Assembly: GCF_041886205.1 (NCBI RefSeq)
Contig: NZ_CP169030.1
DNA from: Escherichia coli
Lineage (GTDB): Bacteria > Pseudomonadota > Gammaproteobacteria > Enterobacterales > Enterobacteriaceae
Direction: 5' to 3' (one strand)
DNA length: 64,000 bases
In this document: in pieces, positions 11,301-22,269 of the stretch
Layout of the letters: each line of letters opens with the position of its first letter
How positions within the stretch are numbered: the first letter of the stretch is position 1
The notes under the pieces: model-generated
Databases searched by the model: none
Seen by the model: only the letters and a program-made list of their open reading frames with translations
Told to the model about the DNA's origin: nothing
Program-made: the position numbers and the translations under genes

Positions 11301-13648
11301 CTGACGGAATGCCCGGGCGTTTCCACCCAGCCGTTCTCCAGCTTCAGTGCCGTGAACGGTGAATCGCTCACAGGCAGGGTGGCCGGTTCAGCCCGTCCCG
11401 GCACAACAACCGTCATCGTGTCCTCACTGACGGACGACACCTGCAGGCGGTCACCGCCGGAGACGCGGAGTCCGGGAATTTTCCCTGTCACCCTCAGACG
11501 CTCGCCGTCTGCCACCGGCATTTTTTCCGGCCGGAACAGCGACCAGCTGCTGTCCAGAGAAGAAATACGCACCACCTGCGTTTCGCCCTGCGCATCCCGC
11601 AGGGTCAGGCTGTGACTCTGCGCCGTCACCCGGTCTATCACATAGCGGTCATGACTGCGTGTCTCCGGGTTCCACTGCTCCATCACCATCCCCGGGCGGT
11701 ACATATCCCGCAGATAACGACTCCGGCTGTCCAGCCAGACCGGTGACAGCGCGGTCATGGTCACCTCCGGATGTCCGAGTACGCCCTGTGTTTTCAGCTC
11801 ACTGCGAATGGTCTGAGTCAGCATGGCCTGTTCCCGTACTCCACTGACCTGCGCCACGCTCTCTTCTCCGGCTTTCACGCTGACCGCAAAATCTCCGGCC
11901 AGCCGGGCATAGCGGACATTACGGTCCGGTTCACTGATGATGGTTGCCGGTCGCTGTTCTCCCCCCTGCCAGCGATATGTGTTCACTCCGGCATCCTTCA
12001 TGGCCATCAGCGCACTGCCGGTACCGGTCCGCTGCCCGCTGTCGATTATCAGGACCTGTACGTTATGCCGTGCGGCACCGTCCAGCAGAGTTAACGTCTC
12101 TTTCAGGGAGAGTTTTTCGCCCTGGTCGACGATAACGGTACTGCCCGGCGTGAAGGTCATGCCCTCCAGCAGCTGACGCCGCCCGGTTATCAGCTCACCG
12201 GACAGACGCTCATCCTGCTTCATGTTCATCTGCGAGCGACGGTCAGCAGCGATAATCTGCACCTCCCGCCCCTGCTCCCGGGCCATCATGACCAGTTCAG
12301 CCACCCGCTCACGCTGCCCGGCTGCACCGCCCTGCCCGGACACAATGGCCAGCGACGGGCGATCCTGTGCCAGCACGCTGACGGCATCGCTGTAACCGGC
12401 CGTCCGGGGAACACTTTTCTCCGGATGTACGGTCACCCGGTTCTGTTTCATGATGTCACGACTGAGTGCCCGGACTGACAGCTCATCGAGCACATGAATC
12501 CCGGACGTGAACAGCCCCTTCTCACGGTCGAGGGGGATAAGCTGCTCACGGCTGATGGCCTCATCGATACCGGCGCGTGCCCGTTCAATCACACCATTTT
12601 CCGGCGGCAGTATGCCGACCGTTCTGGCCAGTACGTCCGTGTACGTGAACTGCACTTTTCGTTCACTTAATCCGGCAATCGCCTGTGTCACCGCCTGCTG
12701 CACATCCGGCCCGTCCTGTGAAGCAGGCCCGGGCGTCAGCGTGCGGAGATCCGCACGCTGATCCGCCGCGTCACGATATGCCCGGATGTCGAACCCGGTT
12801 TCCTTCAGCGTCTGCATCCACTCGGCCATTTTGATCTCCGGATCGACATGCTGTTTGGATTTACGCGTATCCAGCGCCGCCACATCCCGGGATTTCAGCG
12901 AGGCGTCTTCCCCGACGGCCTCCCGGATAGTCTGTGAGCGTCCGGAAAAGGCCTCCACCGGTACACCCGGCATTTCCCACATACCGTGCTTACCAACCAC
13001 TTCAGTTTCATAGCCCAGCGCCTCAACCTGCTCTTTCAGTTTTTCCCGGTAGAGCCTGCCAAAGGCAATCTGATTAGCGTACACATTCTCAATGAACCCC
13101 GTTTTCCCCACTTTGTCACTGCTCAGTGTCTTCCATTCGCCATTATGCTGCGTGACATTAGCCACCACCGCATGCGTGTGTAACTGTGGTTCCTGATCGC
13201 GACTGGTGTCGTGGTTAAACAGTGCCATCACCAGATTACCGGTCAGCACCGTTTCTGACTGTCCGTCCGTCATCACCCGTGTGGAGGCCAGCGCCTCCAC
13301 CTGACGGACAGCAAAATCCACGGCCTGATTATGTGCATCAATCAGGCGCTTATCGCCACCTAACATGGCCATCATGGAGACACTTTTGGGGGCGGAGAAG
13401 GTCAGATCGTAGCCGGGACGATGCCTGTTACTGCCATCCTGCATGCGGCTTAGATCCGCTCCGTCCGGCAGCCTGCCCTCCAGAAGACGGGTAAAAACAT
13501 CCTTATCGACACTGCCCTGCAGCCCCAGCTGTTCAGCCCCCCTGCCGGCCCAGCGTTCTCCCATGCTGCCCAGCACATAGTAATTATCCTTGTCGGTATA
13601 ATAGTTCCCGGCACTTCCGGCCGATCTGACCTGCGCAATACTCATCAT
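8378..13648 (-). CDS. traI: TraI relaxase / DNA helicase I
   Basis: 1756 aa; N-terminus MMSIAQVRSAGSAGNYYTDKDNYY of F TraI; Walker A GYAGVGKT. Confidence 0.97.
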   Translation of the reverse strand: MMSIAQVRSAGSAGNYYTDKDNYYVLGSMGERWAGRGAEQLGLQGSVDKDVFTRLLEGRLPDGADLSRMQDGSNRHRPGYDLTFSAPKSVSMMAMLGGDKRLIDAHNQAVDFAVRQVEALASTRVMTDGQSETVLTGNLVMALFNHDTSRDQEPQLHTHAVVANVTQHNGEWKTLSSDKVGKTGFIENVYANQIAFGRLYREKLKEQVEALGYETEVVGKHGMWEMPGVPVEAFSGRSQTIREAVGEDASLKSRDVAALDTRKSKQHVDPEIKMAEWMQTLKETGFDIRAYRDAADQRADLRTLTPGPASQDGPDVQQAVTQAIAGLSERKVQFTYTDVLARTVGILPPENGVIERARAGIDEAISREQLIPLDREKGLFTSGIHVLDELSVRALSRDIMKQNRVTVHPEKSVPRTAGYSDAVSVLAQDRPSLAIVSGQGGAAGQRERVAELVMMAREQGREVQIIAADRRSQMNMKQDERLSGELITGRRQLLEGMTFTPGSTVIVDQGEKLSLKETLTLLDGAARHNVQVLIIDSGQRTGTGSALMAMKDAGVNTYRWQGGEQRPATIISEPDRNVRYARLAGDFAVSVKAGEESVAQVSGVREQAMLTQTIRSELKTQGVLGHPEVTMTALSPVWLDSRSRYLRDMYRPGMVMEQWNPETRSHDRYVIDRVTAQSHSLTLRDAQGETQVVRISSLDSSWSLFRPEKMPVADGERLRVTGKIPGLRVSGGDRLQVSSVSEDTMTVVVPGRAEPATLPVSDSPFTALKLENGWVETPGHSVSDSATVFASVTQMAMDNATLNGLARSGRDVRLYSSLDETRTAEKLARHPSFTVVSEQIKTRAGETSLETAISHQKSALHTPAQQAIHLALPVVESKKLAFSMVDLLTEAKSFAAEGTGFTELGGEINAQIKRGDLLYVDVAKGYGTGLLVSRASYEAEKSILRHILEGKEAVMPLMERVPGELMEKLTSGQRAATRMILETSDRFTVVQGYAGVGKTTQFRAVMSAVNMLPESERPRVVGLGPTHRAVGEMRSAGVDAQTLASFLHDTQLQQRSGETPDFSNTLFLLDESSMVGNTDMARAYALIAAGGGRAVASGDTDQLQAIAPGQPFRLQQTRSAADVAIMKEIVRQTPELREAVYSLINRDVERALSGLESVKPSQVPRQEGAWAPEHSVTEFSHSQEAKLAEAQQKAMLKGEAFPDVPMTLYEAIVRDYTGRTPEAREQTLIVTHLNEDRRVLNSMIHDVREKAGELGKEQVMVSVLNTANIRDGELRRLSTWETHRDALVLVDNVYHRIAGISKDDGLITLQDAEGNTRLISPREAVAEGVTLYTPDTIRVGTGDRMRFTKSDRERGYVANSVWTVTAVSGDSVTLSGGQQTRVIRPAKERAEQHIDLAYAITAHGAQGASETFAIALEGTEGSRKLMAGFESAYVALSRMKQHVQVYTDNRQGWTDAISKAVQKGTAHDVLEPGADREVMNAQRLFSTARELRDVAAGRAVLRQAGLAGGDSPARFIAPGRKYPQPYVALPAFDRNGKSAGIWLNPLTTDDGNGLRGFSGEGRVKGSGDAQFVALQGSRNGESLLADNMQDGVRIARDNPDSGVVVRIAGEGRPWNPGAITGGRVWGDIPDNSVRPGAGNGEPVTAEVLAQRQAEEAIRRETERRADEIVRKMAENKPDLPDGKTEQAVREIAGQERDRAAITEREAALPEGVLREPQRVREAVREIARENLLQERLQQMERDMVRDLQKEKTLGGD

Positions 13649-13729
13649 AAACGTATATCCCTTTGACATATCCCGGCATCAATCCCACAATGGATATACA
13701 CAAGACATATCCACATAAGGAGGCAAATA

Positions 13730-13957
13730 ATGGAAACCACCGTATTTCTCAGCAACCGCAGCCAGGCGGTCAGACTGCCAAAAGCGGTTGCATTGCCGGA
13801 AAACGTAAAACGCGTTGAAGTGATTGCTGTCGGACGAACCCGAATCATTACGCCTGCCGGAGAGACATGGGACGAATGGTTCGACGGAAACAGTGTCAGC
13901 GCTGATTTTATGGATAACAGGGAACAGCCTGGTATGCAGGAAAGGGAGTCATTCTGA
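13730..13957 (+). CDS. vagC: VagC / VapB antitoxin (AbrB/SpoVT-type)
   Basis: 75 aa; 1-nt overlap with downstream PIN toxin gene. Confidence 0.85.
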   Translation: METTVFLSNRSQAVRLPKAVALPENVKRVEVIAVGRTRIITPAGETWDEWFDGNSVSADFMDNREQPGMQERESF

Positions 13958-14355
13958 TGCTGAAGTTTATGCTCGATACCAACATCTGCATTTTTACGAT
14001 AAAGAACAAACCCGCCAGTGTCAGGGAACGTTTTAACCTGAACCAGGGGAGAATGTGCATCAGTTCGGTCACTCTGATGGAGGTGATATATGGTGCAGAA
14101 AAAAGCCAGATGCCTGAACGTAATCTCGCTGTGATCGAGGGATTTGTTTCCCGCATTGACGTTCTGGATTACGACGCTGCTGCTGCCACACACACCGGCC
14201 AGATAAGAGCAGAACTTGCCCTTCAGGGACGCCCTGTCGGGCCATTTGATCAAATGATCGCAGGTCATGCCCGCAGTCGGGGACTGATTATTGTGACTAA
14301 TAACACCCGGGAATTTGAACGTGTGGGCGGCCTGAGAATTGAAGACTGGAGTTGA
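13957..14355 (+). CDS. vagD: VagD / VapC PIN-domain toxin
   Basis: 132 aa, N-terminal MLKFMLDTNICI PIN motif, matches recalled VagD. Confidence 0.88.
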   Translation: MLKFMLDTNICIFTIKNKPASVRERFNLNQGRMCISSVTLMEVIYGAEKSQMPERNLAVIEGFVSRIDVLDYDAAAATHTGQIRAELALQGRPVGPFDQMIAGHARSRGLIIVTNNTREFERVGGLRIEDWS

Positions 14356-14363
14356 CCTGTTCA

Positions 14364-16517
14364 TCAGAAATCATCTCCCGGCTCAACATCCTCCCCGCGC
14401 TCCCGGTGCACATTAATGTTCACCTCTTCACGACGCTGCATCTGCTGCTGGATGTCCGGATGATTTTCCTGTTGCCATGCCTCATAAGCGGCCATATCCA
14501 CCACTTCACCGGATTCACTGATCCCGGGTGGCAGTTGCTGTTCCATCTCTTCTTCCGGTTTCATTTTCAGCTCCTGCTCGATCCCCCCTGCCGGAACATT
14601 CACACCTGAATCTGACTTCTTATCGTTGATGGCAGGAGACACCGGCTGTTGCGGCTGTTCAGCCTGAGTCACGTCTTCTCCGGAAACAACCTCCGGGACA
14701 TCCGGTTCGAAGAGGCTGGCCATCTGACGACCTTCTGCTTCCCTTGCGGCAAGTACGGCACTCAGACGGTTCTCCATTTCCGGGTTGATGTCACGCGGAA
14801 TAAACTCCGGAGCGACCTTCGGTCGTGTCTGATATTTCAGAGAGAGTTTTACTGCCGGATACGGTCCGGGCAGGGTGACATAACAGGTCAGATCCGGCAG
14901 AGACTGAATGTCGGAATAACTGACCAGCGTCTGGCGCTCCATATCCTTACCGGTCGATACCCCGTCACGTACCGGATCAGCACCGTAGGAATACTGCTCG
15001 CTGGCTTTCAGGTGCTCTTTCTCACCAATTTCACCGGCAGCGAACTCTGCAATCTTATGGCTGGGAGAACGGAAAAAGGCACGGGTGTTCATGACGTCAA
15101 ACAGCGAGGCAGCCGCTTTCTCACCGTAGATATCTTCCAGCTGGGCATAGGACTGGATACCAAACACATAACAGCCACCGAACTTACGGGCTTCCGGCAG
15201 GATCTCCACCAGGTCCGGCAGTTTGTGTAACGTGGGTAACTCATCACAGAAAAACCACACACGACGGTTACGGTTTTCTCCCATTGCCAGCAGACCACGA
15301 ATGGCAATGGACAGCCACATGGAGATCACCGGCTTCAGGGAGGCATGGGTGTCGGCATTCGACGAAATAAACAGCCAGCCGTTTTTCTGATCTTCCCGGA
15401 CACCACGCATCCAGTCACGGATGGTAAAAGGCTCACCGTTATGCTCAATCCCCTGCAGGTAACGGATGGCTTTCACGTAGTTGGTCAGCACAGCACGGAT
15501 GGAAATCGCCGTTTTCTCAATTTTCTCTTCCACCAGGTTGGCCGCCGGTGAATTACGCAGGTAGGTACGCAGTTTTTCAATTTTGATGGAAAGCAGTGTG
15601 TCCACCAGTTTGCTGTAGCTGCGGTTGGGGTCATTACGCATCAGATACGCCGCTTCCGCAAAAATGGTACGTCCTGAACCCTGCCAGAACGGGTCCTCTT
15701 TTGTACCCATCGGGATCAGAGTATTTGCGGTATTATCAAAATCCGGCTGTGTCAGGCACTCCTTCCACAAATCCCAGGCGGCACAGCGGGCATCCAGCGG
15801 ATTCAGGATTTTATCGATGGAGGGATCATAGTAACTTTTAACAAATTCCCCCGAACGGTCATAAATCACCACCATATCACCGCGCTGACGGGCGTAGTTG
15901 GCCAGACGACGGATAACTTCCGACTTACCGGCCCCGACCGTGCCGTGCAGACAGAAGTTCTGGATTTCGGAATCCCGGATAATCGGCAGGTCTCCAATCC
16001 GGATATCGGAGTCCTTGCCGTCTTTTTTCAGCATCCGGGCAACGTCTTTCGGATTGTCTGTCAGCTGACGACCACCTGTGACTTCATTTTCGCTCTGTTG
16101 TTTACCCTGACGCCCCAGAATCCAGGAGACAACAAAGAAGGTAATCAGGCAAATAACCAGTGCCACAACAGCAGCCAGCACGAAGGCGGACCATAACTGC
16201 TCACTGCACCAGATCATATATTTGTCATGCAGTACCTGAGCAGCGTTCATGCGGAAGGTTTTACCGTAATACTGGATCTCATAGACCGGCTGGGATTTGA
16301 TTAAATCCCGCATGCCTTCCAGCGTGGTACACCACCAGTAAATACAGCCGTTCACAAACGTCTGCCAGCTTATTTTTATCCATAAAACCAGACCAACGAG
16401 TATCCAGAAAAAAATAAACAGGCAGTAAAGCATGATATTGGCGATCTGGCTGAACATGCGGATACGCATGGACGCAATCTGACCGCCCTGGGTCATATCC
16501 TTTGCGTTAAAACTCAT
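14364..16517 (-). CDS. traD: TraD type IV coupling protein
   Basis: 717 aa, Walker [11 protein letters not shown]-rich C-terminal tail ending GDDF as in F TraD. Confidence 0.96.
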   Translation of the reverse strand: MSFNAKDMTQGGQIASMRIRMFSQIANIMLYCLFIFFWILVGLVLWIKISWQTFVNGCIYWWCTTLEGMRDLIKSQPVYEIQYYGKTFRMNAAQVLHDKYMIWCSEQLWSAFVLAAVVALVICLITFFVVSWILGRQGKQQSENEVTGGRQLTDNPKDVARMLKKDGKDSDIRIGDLPIIRDSEIQNFCLHGTVGAGKSEVIRRLANYARQRGDMVVIYDRSGEFVKSYYDPSIDKILNPLDARCAAWDLWKECLTQPDFDNTANTLIPMGTKEDPFWQGSGRTIFAEAAYLMRNDPNRSYSKLVDTLLSIKIEKLRTYLRNSPAANLVEEKIEKTAISIRAVLTNYVKAIRYLQGIEHNGEPFTIRDWMRGVREDQKNGWLFISSNADTHASLKPVISMWLSIAIRGLLAMGENRNRRVWFFCDELPTLHKLPDLVEILPEARKFGGCYVFGIQSYAQLEDIYGEKAAASLFDVMNTRAFFRSPSHKIAEFAAGEIGEKEHLKASEQYSYGADPVRDGVSTGKDMERQTLVSYSDIQSLPDLTCYVTLPGPYPAVKLSLKYQTRPKVAPEFIPRDINPEMENRLSAVLAAREAEGRQMASLFEPDVPEVVSGEDVTQAEQPQQPVSPAINDKKSDSGVNVPAGGIEQELKMKPEEEMEQQLPPGISESGEVVDMAAYEAWQQENHPDIQQQMQRREEVNINVHRERGEDVEPGDDF

Positions 16518-16769
16518 GATGATATTCCGAAGAAAAAAAGTCAGTCGGACTGATTATTAATGATGAAAAGATTAATAACCGTTAAATTCCGGCTTCGCCG
16601 GCAACACTTCACGGTCGCACAAAGAATTTGCACAACCGCTCAGTGTTTTCATATTTATTTCGGAAACGCCGGGGAGAAATAAAATTTATTTTATTTCTTT
16701 CCGGGGTTGGACAACGAGCAAAGCGAGGCGTCAGTCAGGAGGCCGGTCAGACCAGCCTCCGGAAGATAA

Positions 16770-17501
16770 TCAGAGAATATTTGCGATTGATTTGGCCAGC
16801 TGGTCTTCGAGAACAGGCTTCGCCTCTTCAAATTTCAGGTTAACCTTGTTCGCATTTGAGACCACACGGGTCTGGTATTTATGCTGGTTACCTGTTTCTG
16901 TACTGGTCTGAATTTTCGCACCTGATGTGCCCTGACGCAGGGCGGCAACATTATCCGTTGTCACCGTTGCCTTAGTACGCTCTGCAATCTGCACATCCGT
17001 GATCATGGTATAGTTCACATCTTCCACCATCGCATCTGCAGCCATACCCACCAGACCGGCAGCAAGGCCCACACCGAGTGTGGCACCGGCAGAATTGGAA
17101 TTATATCCGGTGATACCGGCACCTAACGCTGCACCAACTGCTGCGCCTTCATAACCACGGTTCAGCCATCCCTGAGACTCCCGCAGATCCATCTTATCGG
17201 CCTTCAGCACATTCGCCTGAATCCAGTAGTAGGCTTTATCCGGAGAAGTCACCACCTGATACCCTTTTGCTTTCACAGCATCAGCAATTTTGCCCTGCAG
17301 CCCACTCATGTCTTTATCAGACGTGTTTTTGATCTGCAGAAATACCGTGCGTTCGCTGGCGGGTTCAAGCCAGATGGTCTCACTCATCTGAGTCTTCACC
17401 TCAAGGTTACGCTTCTTGATTGCTGTGCTCATCGCACCACACCCTGAAAGGGCCAGAGTGGAACTGACCAGTGCAACCATCATTAGTTTTTTTGTTTTCA
17501 T
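16770..17501 (-). CDS. traT: TraT surface-exclusion / serum-resistance lipoprotein
   Basis: [21 protein letters not shown] lipoprotein signal; F TraT sequence. Confidence 0.95.
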   Translation of the reverse strand: MKTKKLMMVALVSSTLALSGCGAMSTAIKKRNLEVKTQMSETIWLEPASERTVFLQIKNTSDKDMSGLQGKIADAVKAKGYQVVTSPDKAYYWIQANVLKADKMDLRESQGWLNRGYEGAAVGAALGAGITGYNSNSAGATLGVGLAAGLVGMAADAMVEDVNYTMITDVQIAERTKATVTTDNVAALRQGTSGAKIQTSTETGNQHKYQTRVVSNANKVNLKFEEAKPVLEDQLAKSIANIL

Positions 17502-17525
17502 CATATATTTACTCTCTAATATCTT

Positions 17526-18047
17526 TTATTTTACTCTTGATAACTTCTTGTTTTTGACGTAACTATTGATTGCATCAATAACACCAACAAATTGATATCT
17601 ACCGATATCTAATTGAATCAAGAACGCCATAATAACCGTCACTAAAATTGCGCCAAAACCGTATATAATCCCTCCACCTAAAAAAGACCATAAAAATATA
17701 ACTCCCATATACACAATGAAATACACTTTAAGTTTTGATGATATAACCCTCATTACGGATGATGTCTTTAGGAATTCTTCCGGCAGAGAGAAATATAACA
17801 TCCTAATCCTTGCCACAATAAACAGAATAATAAGTCCAAGCCATCCTCCGGCTAACACAGCAGTGAGTGTTTCACTTGTCTTTTGTGTTATTAGAAATGA
17901 CATTAGCAAGGGACAAAAAATCATCCACCCCATGATGATAAGCCCGGGTTTTAATCCCTGCCATAGTGACGGAATTCTAATATCTCCTGAGTCAATATGT
18001 TTCTTTAAAACTTCCAACTCACTACTGATAATTTGTTGTGTAATCAT
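17526..18047 (-). CDS. traS: TraS entry-exclusion inner-membrane protein
   Basis: Low-GC, multi-TM, position between traG and traT. Confidence 0.8.
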   Translation of the reverse strand: MITQQIISSELEVLKKHIDSGDIRIPSLWQGLKPGLIIMGWMIFCPLLMSFLITQKTSETLTAVLAGGWLGLIILFIVARIRMLYFSLPEEFLKTSSVMRVISSKLKVYFIVYMGVIFLWSFLGGGIIYGFGAILVTVIMAFLIQLDIGRYQFVGVIDAINSYVKNKKLSRVK

Positions 18048-18079
18048 GGTCTCTCCATACCCTACCCAACATGTTATGA

Positions 18080-20896
18080 TTATTCTTTATGCTGGTAACT
18101 CTTTGCTTTCTCTAAAAGCTCTTTCGGACTATCAGCACCAGGTATTCTTTCCTGAGCCAGCTTTTCTTCATTATATTTATTATTCTGAGTTAATGCTTCT
18201 GTTTTATGATGATTTTGTAGTTCAGAATACTGCCCTTTTACAATATTTTCCTCGCCTCGGATGCTGTTCTGAGTATCTCCGATATTACCTCGATATTCTG
18301 TGACCATATTATCAACCTGATGTTTTACATCATTACGGATATTACTGTCCTGCGTTCTTTGCTCAATAATGGCCTGATGTCCCTGATGATCAGCAATAAT
18401 ATCCTGGCTGCCACCACCCGAAGGTACGCTCTCCATTCCTTTACCTATATCTCTACGGGATTCACGCCAGGTGTTATCAACACCAGGCTGTACCTGTTCC
18501 TGCACAAAAGACCACGCCATAGCCCGACGGCGTTCTGCAATCTCCGGCGAACTGGTATTTGTCAGAATAGCTTCAACATCCTGCGGTGCGTTTTTCATCA
18601 CATACTGTGCAAACTGTTGCGACAGATCTTCACTCATCTGCCCACTCATACTCTCAGTACGGGATGCCATTTCAGCATATTCATGGCTGCGGGTCATATT
18701 CGTCGTGTACTGGTCGTAACTCTGTTTCGCTGAATTCAGGGCTGCAGACAACTGATCCACACGGGAATCAGCATTATTGTCAGTATGGCTGCCGGATTCA
18801 CTGACTTTGCGGCTGGTAAAGTAATCGCTGGCTTCTTTAAAGTCTTGTGTAGCTCTGGCATCGATATCATGACGAGCATCATGGCTGGCCCGTGAACCAC
18901 TACTGGCTTCATGTGAGTCAAGATCACTGCCATCAATGCTTGCCTTAGCTCCGGCCTGGAGACCAACCCCTCCACCGTTACCCAATACACTTATGCCTAA
19001 ATGCCCTTTAGCATAAGCATCACCGTAAAGGCCAAGCGACGCATTTGTACTTCTCGAGGCCAGTTCTCTCGTCGCCTGCTCATTACTGATATTATGCGCC
19101 TTCGCATAGCTTTCCACTGCACTGCGCATACGGCTGGCCATCATGGAGTCCTGAGCACTCATCGTGCTGTCAGCACCACCAGTGACAGAGTCACTGCTCC
19201 CCCGGTTAGAGCCAAACTGACTGAGTGTGTTCCAGGCACTGGCAATACTGCTGCTGAAACCATGCAGGGCACTTTCGGCTCTGTTCGACGCCTCCCGGGC
19301 CATTTCCTGTTGTGCCGCTGCAATCTGACGCGTTGCATTGATACCGACCGGTAACCGGGACATCGCTCCGCTTGCATCCATCACCATATTACCGTCACGG
19401 GTCTGTGTGGCGGTTGCGCCACTGCCGGTCTGGTACATCATCTGACCAAACGACGTGGTGCTGTTGGTGCTCCAGCTGAAGCCGTTCACGTTTTCCGTCT
19501 GCATGTTGCCGTAGGAGTAATTACCGTCAACCACACTGCCTGCTGCACTGGCCGTTGGACTGATAGATGAAGAGGCGAAGTGGCTGTACACGCTGGAAAA
19601 ACCTGCGCCAAGGCCTTTTACCATCATCCATGACAACGGGGGGATCATGGCTGAAAGATACCCGGCAGTGGAGGCCAGGTTAGAGTATTTCAGCTGTATC
19701 TGAGAGAGTTCAGACAACACGACCGGCGCACCATTCTGTTTCGCATAGAATGTCATGGCACTGTTCAGAATGGCATACAACAACGGCCAGGTCTGCAGCC
19801 ACATCAGGGCAAACACATACCCCTTTAATACAGACAATGTCAGCTTGTTAAAGACAGCCGCCAGTATCAGGAGCGGGAATATACCAATGGCAATCCCCGT
19901 CAGGATAGTCTGGACCATCGGCAGGTTTCGCATAGTTACATGACCAATGGAGACATGTGCCAGACGTTGTTTCTCCATCGATGACGTGGTGGCCAGACTT
20001 ACCAGGCTGGCGGTGTCACCGTTACGGGCTGCATTACTGGTGATACCCTCTTTCAGGGCATTCATGGTGACGTTCTGGCGCATAATCTGGCTGGCAGACT
20101 GACTGGAGCCGTAGAAATAACTGTAACTGTCACTGACCAGTTGTCTGAATAACAGGTCCGGGTCCGGTCTGCCGCCAAATATCTGCTGCACATAATAATG
20201 CCAGGTCTTGCCTCCCGTCTTTGTATCGAGATTCAGCCTGTCTTTCAGCGTGACCGACGCATCCTTACAAGTTATGAAATTATTATTGTTGTCATAAACG
20301 CCCCGTAGCGGGCTGGGGCGGGAAAAAATCAGCGTGTAGGGGTCAGCGGAGGCCATCAGGTCTTCCAGCGTGTATTTATGATTCAGGTAAATATCACCCA
20401 GCACGCAGTTCTGGACGTAGTCCTGGAACAGATTGATGATTTCCGGATTCCGGGACAGGAAATCGGTGCTTTTCACAATCAGATTCGCCCCGAACAGCAT
20501 CCCCGTTTTGCTGTAGGTGACGCTGTCCGGTTGCGTGAAGATCATCTCGTAACTGGCCACCATTGCATGCCCGATACGGGTCGTCAGTGAAAGTGGCATC
20601 GCCAGACCGACCGGCACATTATCCACCCGGTGAACTTTGACCAGGTCACTGTTATCAATAATCTGCACCGATGTGCGGACATTAACCAGCAGGCTGATAA
20701 GCACAAACACGGCCACCCAGCCCAGCAAATCCATCACGTTGTGCCGCTGTACCCACATTACGGCCACCGCGAGAACAGACAATGTGAGCGCAATTTTTTC
20801 AATGGAATCCCACGTCCAGGTTCCCATAAAGGCGGCAATGGCGTTCAGGTTATTCCGCAACCACTCACCACCGGCAATCACATAAACTTCATTCAC
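18080..20896 (-). CDS. traG: TraG mating-pair stabilisation / entry exclusion
   Basis: 938 aa, collinear with F TraG. Confidence 0.93.
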   Translation of the reverse strand: MNEVYVIAGGEWLRNNLNAIAAFMGTWTWDSIEKIALTLSVLAVAVMWVQRHNVMDLLGWVAVFVLISLLVNVRTSVQIIDNSDLVKVHRVDNVPVGLAMPLSLTTRIGHAMVASYEMIFTQPDSVTYSKTGMLFGANLIVKSTDFLSRNPEIINLFQDYVQNCVLGDIYLNHKYTLEDLMASADPYTLIFSRPSPLRGVYDNNNNFITCKDASVTLKDRLNLDTKTGGKTWHYYVQQIFGGRPDPDLLFRQLVSDSYSYFYGSSQSASQIMRQNVTMNALKEGITSNAARNGDTASLVSLATTSSMEKQRLAHVSIGHVTMRNLPMVQTILTGIAIGIFPLLILAAVFNKLTLSVLKGYVFALMWLQTWPLLYAILNSAMTFYAKQNGAPVVLSELSQIQLKYSNLASTAGYLSAMIPPLSWMMVKGLGAGFSSVYSHFASSSISPTASAAGSVVDGNYSYGNMQTENVNGFSWSTNSTTSFGQMMYQTGSGATATQTRDGNMVMDASGAMSRLPVGINATRQIAAAQQEMAREASNRAESALHGFSSSIASAWNTLSQFGSNRGSSDSVTGGADSTMSAQDSMMASRMRSAVESYAKAHNISNEQATRELASRSTNASLGLYGDAYAKGHLGISVLGNGGGVGLQAGAKASIDGSDLDSHEASSGSRASHDARHDIDARATQDFKEASDYFTSRKVSESGSHTDNNADSRVDQLSAALNSAKQSYDQYTTNMTRSHEYAEMASRTESMSGQMSEDLSQQFAQYVMKNAPQDVEAILTNTSSPEIAERRRAMAWSFVQEQVQPGVDNTWRESRRDIGKGMESVPSGGGSQDIIADHQGHQAIIEQRTQDSNIRNDVKHQVDNMVTEYRGNIGDTQNSIRGEENIVKGQYSELQNHHKTEALTQNNKYNEEKLAQERIPGADSPKELLEKAKSYQHKE

Positions 20897-22269
20897 AGCG
20901 TGCTCCCTCCGAAGTGATAGTTGTTCTGGTAACGACTGAGCATGCGGGCGGAAAGCTGCTGACGCATGTAGCTCATCTGACGATCGACAACCAGCAGCGC
21001 ATCCTGCTGTACCTGCACCTGTGACTGAAACGCCGCAATCTGCCGGGTGGCATCATTCATGTTGTCGTTAATATGCCCGATAACCGCTTCGTCATAATTT
21101 CCCGTGGCCACCATCGCCCGTGCCTGCTGTATCAGCTCCTGAATGTACTGCAGCAGGATGTCGTAACCGATATAGTCCGTCAGCTGGTAAATCATACTGT
21201 TGGAAACACCGAGCATCTGCGGGTCAACCAGGTATTTGAAGACGGGGATGGTGGTACTGGAAATAAAGCCTTTTTCCTTGTCATCCAGAGGCGTGTCACT
21301 GACAGCCTTGTTCTGAATGCTGGCCAGAAGTTTAGTAATCTGAGACTTCAGTGCATTATCCCGGCTGATGGTCACCGGTGTGTCTGCCACCACTTTCAGG
21401 CATTTATCAGAATCGTTGCAGTGAGAAATTTTTGCTGTGCCGCCTTCCATCATGGCCCGGATAATTGAACGGTCAGTGGTTCTGGCTGACAGCGGTGTGA
21501 TTTCGCCGTTGGGACCAAACACCAGTGAGCCGGTCAGCGTCATCACAAACTCTTTCAGCTCTTTGTTGCCGTCAAACATTCTGTTTTTGGAAAGCGCATT
21601 CCACATGATGTTGATGTTTTTGGTCACCCGCTCCTTATCCTTGTCGCTGGCTTTATCCCTGACGCTGTCAGATTTCCCGCCAACGGTACATCCCTGCCGG
21701 GAAGCCGCCCAGTCAGCAAAAATATTGCTCTCACCGGCAATGTCCTGACAGACTTTTTGCTGGGACACCTGCGTCCGGGGGAACAGCCCGCCGATAATCC
21801 CCTGTGCAGCCTGGCAGGAACTGAGGTTCATACTGTTAATGTCGCTTGCCATTTTCTGCAGGAAGTCTTTTGCGGTTTTTATTTCCGGCACCGTTGTCTG
21901 CAGGGCAAGGTCAAAAAAGTAACCGGCAGCATTGCTCATAATCTGCTTAACAAAACGCTGCAACTGCTCACCATTAATAAAACTGAACGAGCCGAGATAG
22001 GCGTCGATGCCGCCACATCCAGCATTGATATCCGGCAGCGTCATGGAAATTAGCTGAACATTTTTGACCTGAGTACGGGCATACAGGGAGCCACCGTAAG
22101 CATAGCCGGCGGCCTGCCCCTGCCAGACGCCCGGCTGTGTGGTATTGGAAGCAAATCCCAGCTTATTAAAGAACTGATTCATGTCGCTGTTCACATCCGC
22201 TGACGCTGCAGGCGTCACCGTCAGTAAGGCGGCACAAAGAACCAGAAGAGGTTTAATGCGTGGCATCAT
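20893..22269 (-). CDS. traH: TraH pilus assembly
   Basis: 458 aa with signal peptide; F order. Confidence 0.93.
   Translation of the reverse strand: MMPRIKPLLVLCAALLTVTPAASADVNSDMNQFFNKLGFASNTTQPGVWQGQAAGYAYGGSLYARTQVKNVQLISMTLPDINAGCGGIDAYLGSFSFINGEQLQRFVKQIMSNAAGYFFDLALQTTVPEIKTAKDFLQKMASDINSMNLSSCQAAQGIIGGLFPRTQVSQQKVCQDIAGESNIFADWAASRQGCTVGGKSDSVRDKASDKDKERVTKNINIMWNALSKNRMFDGNKELKEFVMTLTGSLVFGPNGEITPLSARTTDRSIIRAMMEGGTAKISHCNDSDKCLKVVADTPVTISRDNALKSQITKLLASIQNKAVSDTPLDDKEKGFISSTTIPVFKYLVDPQMLGVSNSMIYQLTDYIGYDILLQYIQELIQQARAMVATGNYDEAVIGHINDNMNDATRQIAAFQSQVQVQQDALLVVDRQMSYMRQQLSARMLSRYQNNYHFGGSTL

Noticed and set aside
8249-13494. Many plus-strand ORFs of 60-370 aa antisense to traI and other tra genes
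   Set aside because: They are shadow ORFs in high-GC coding DNA on the opposite strand of well-supported tra genes, with no RBS and no recognisable domains.
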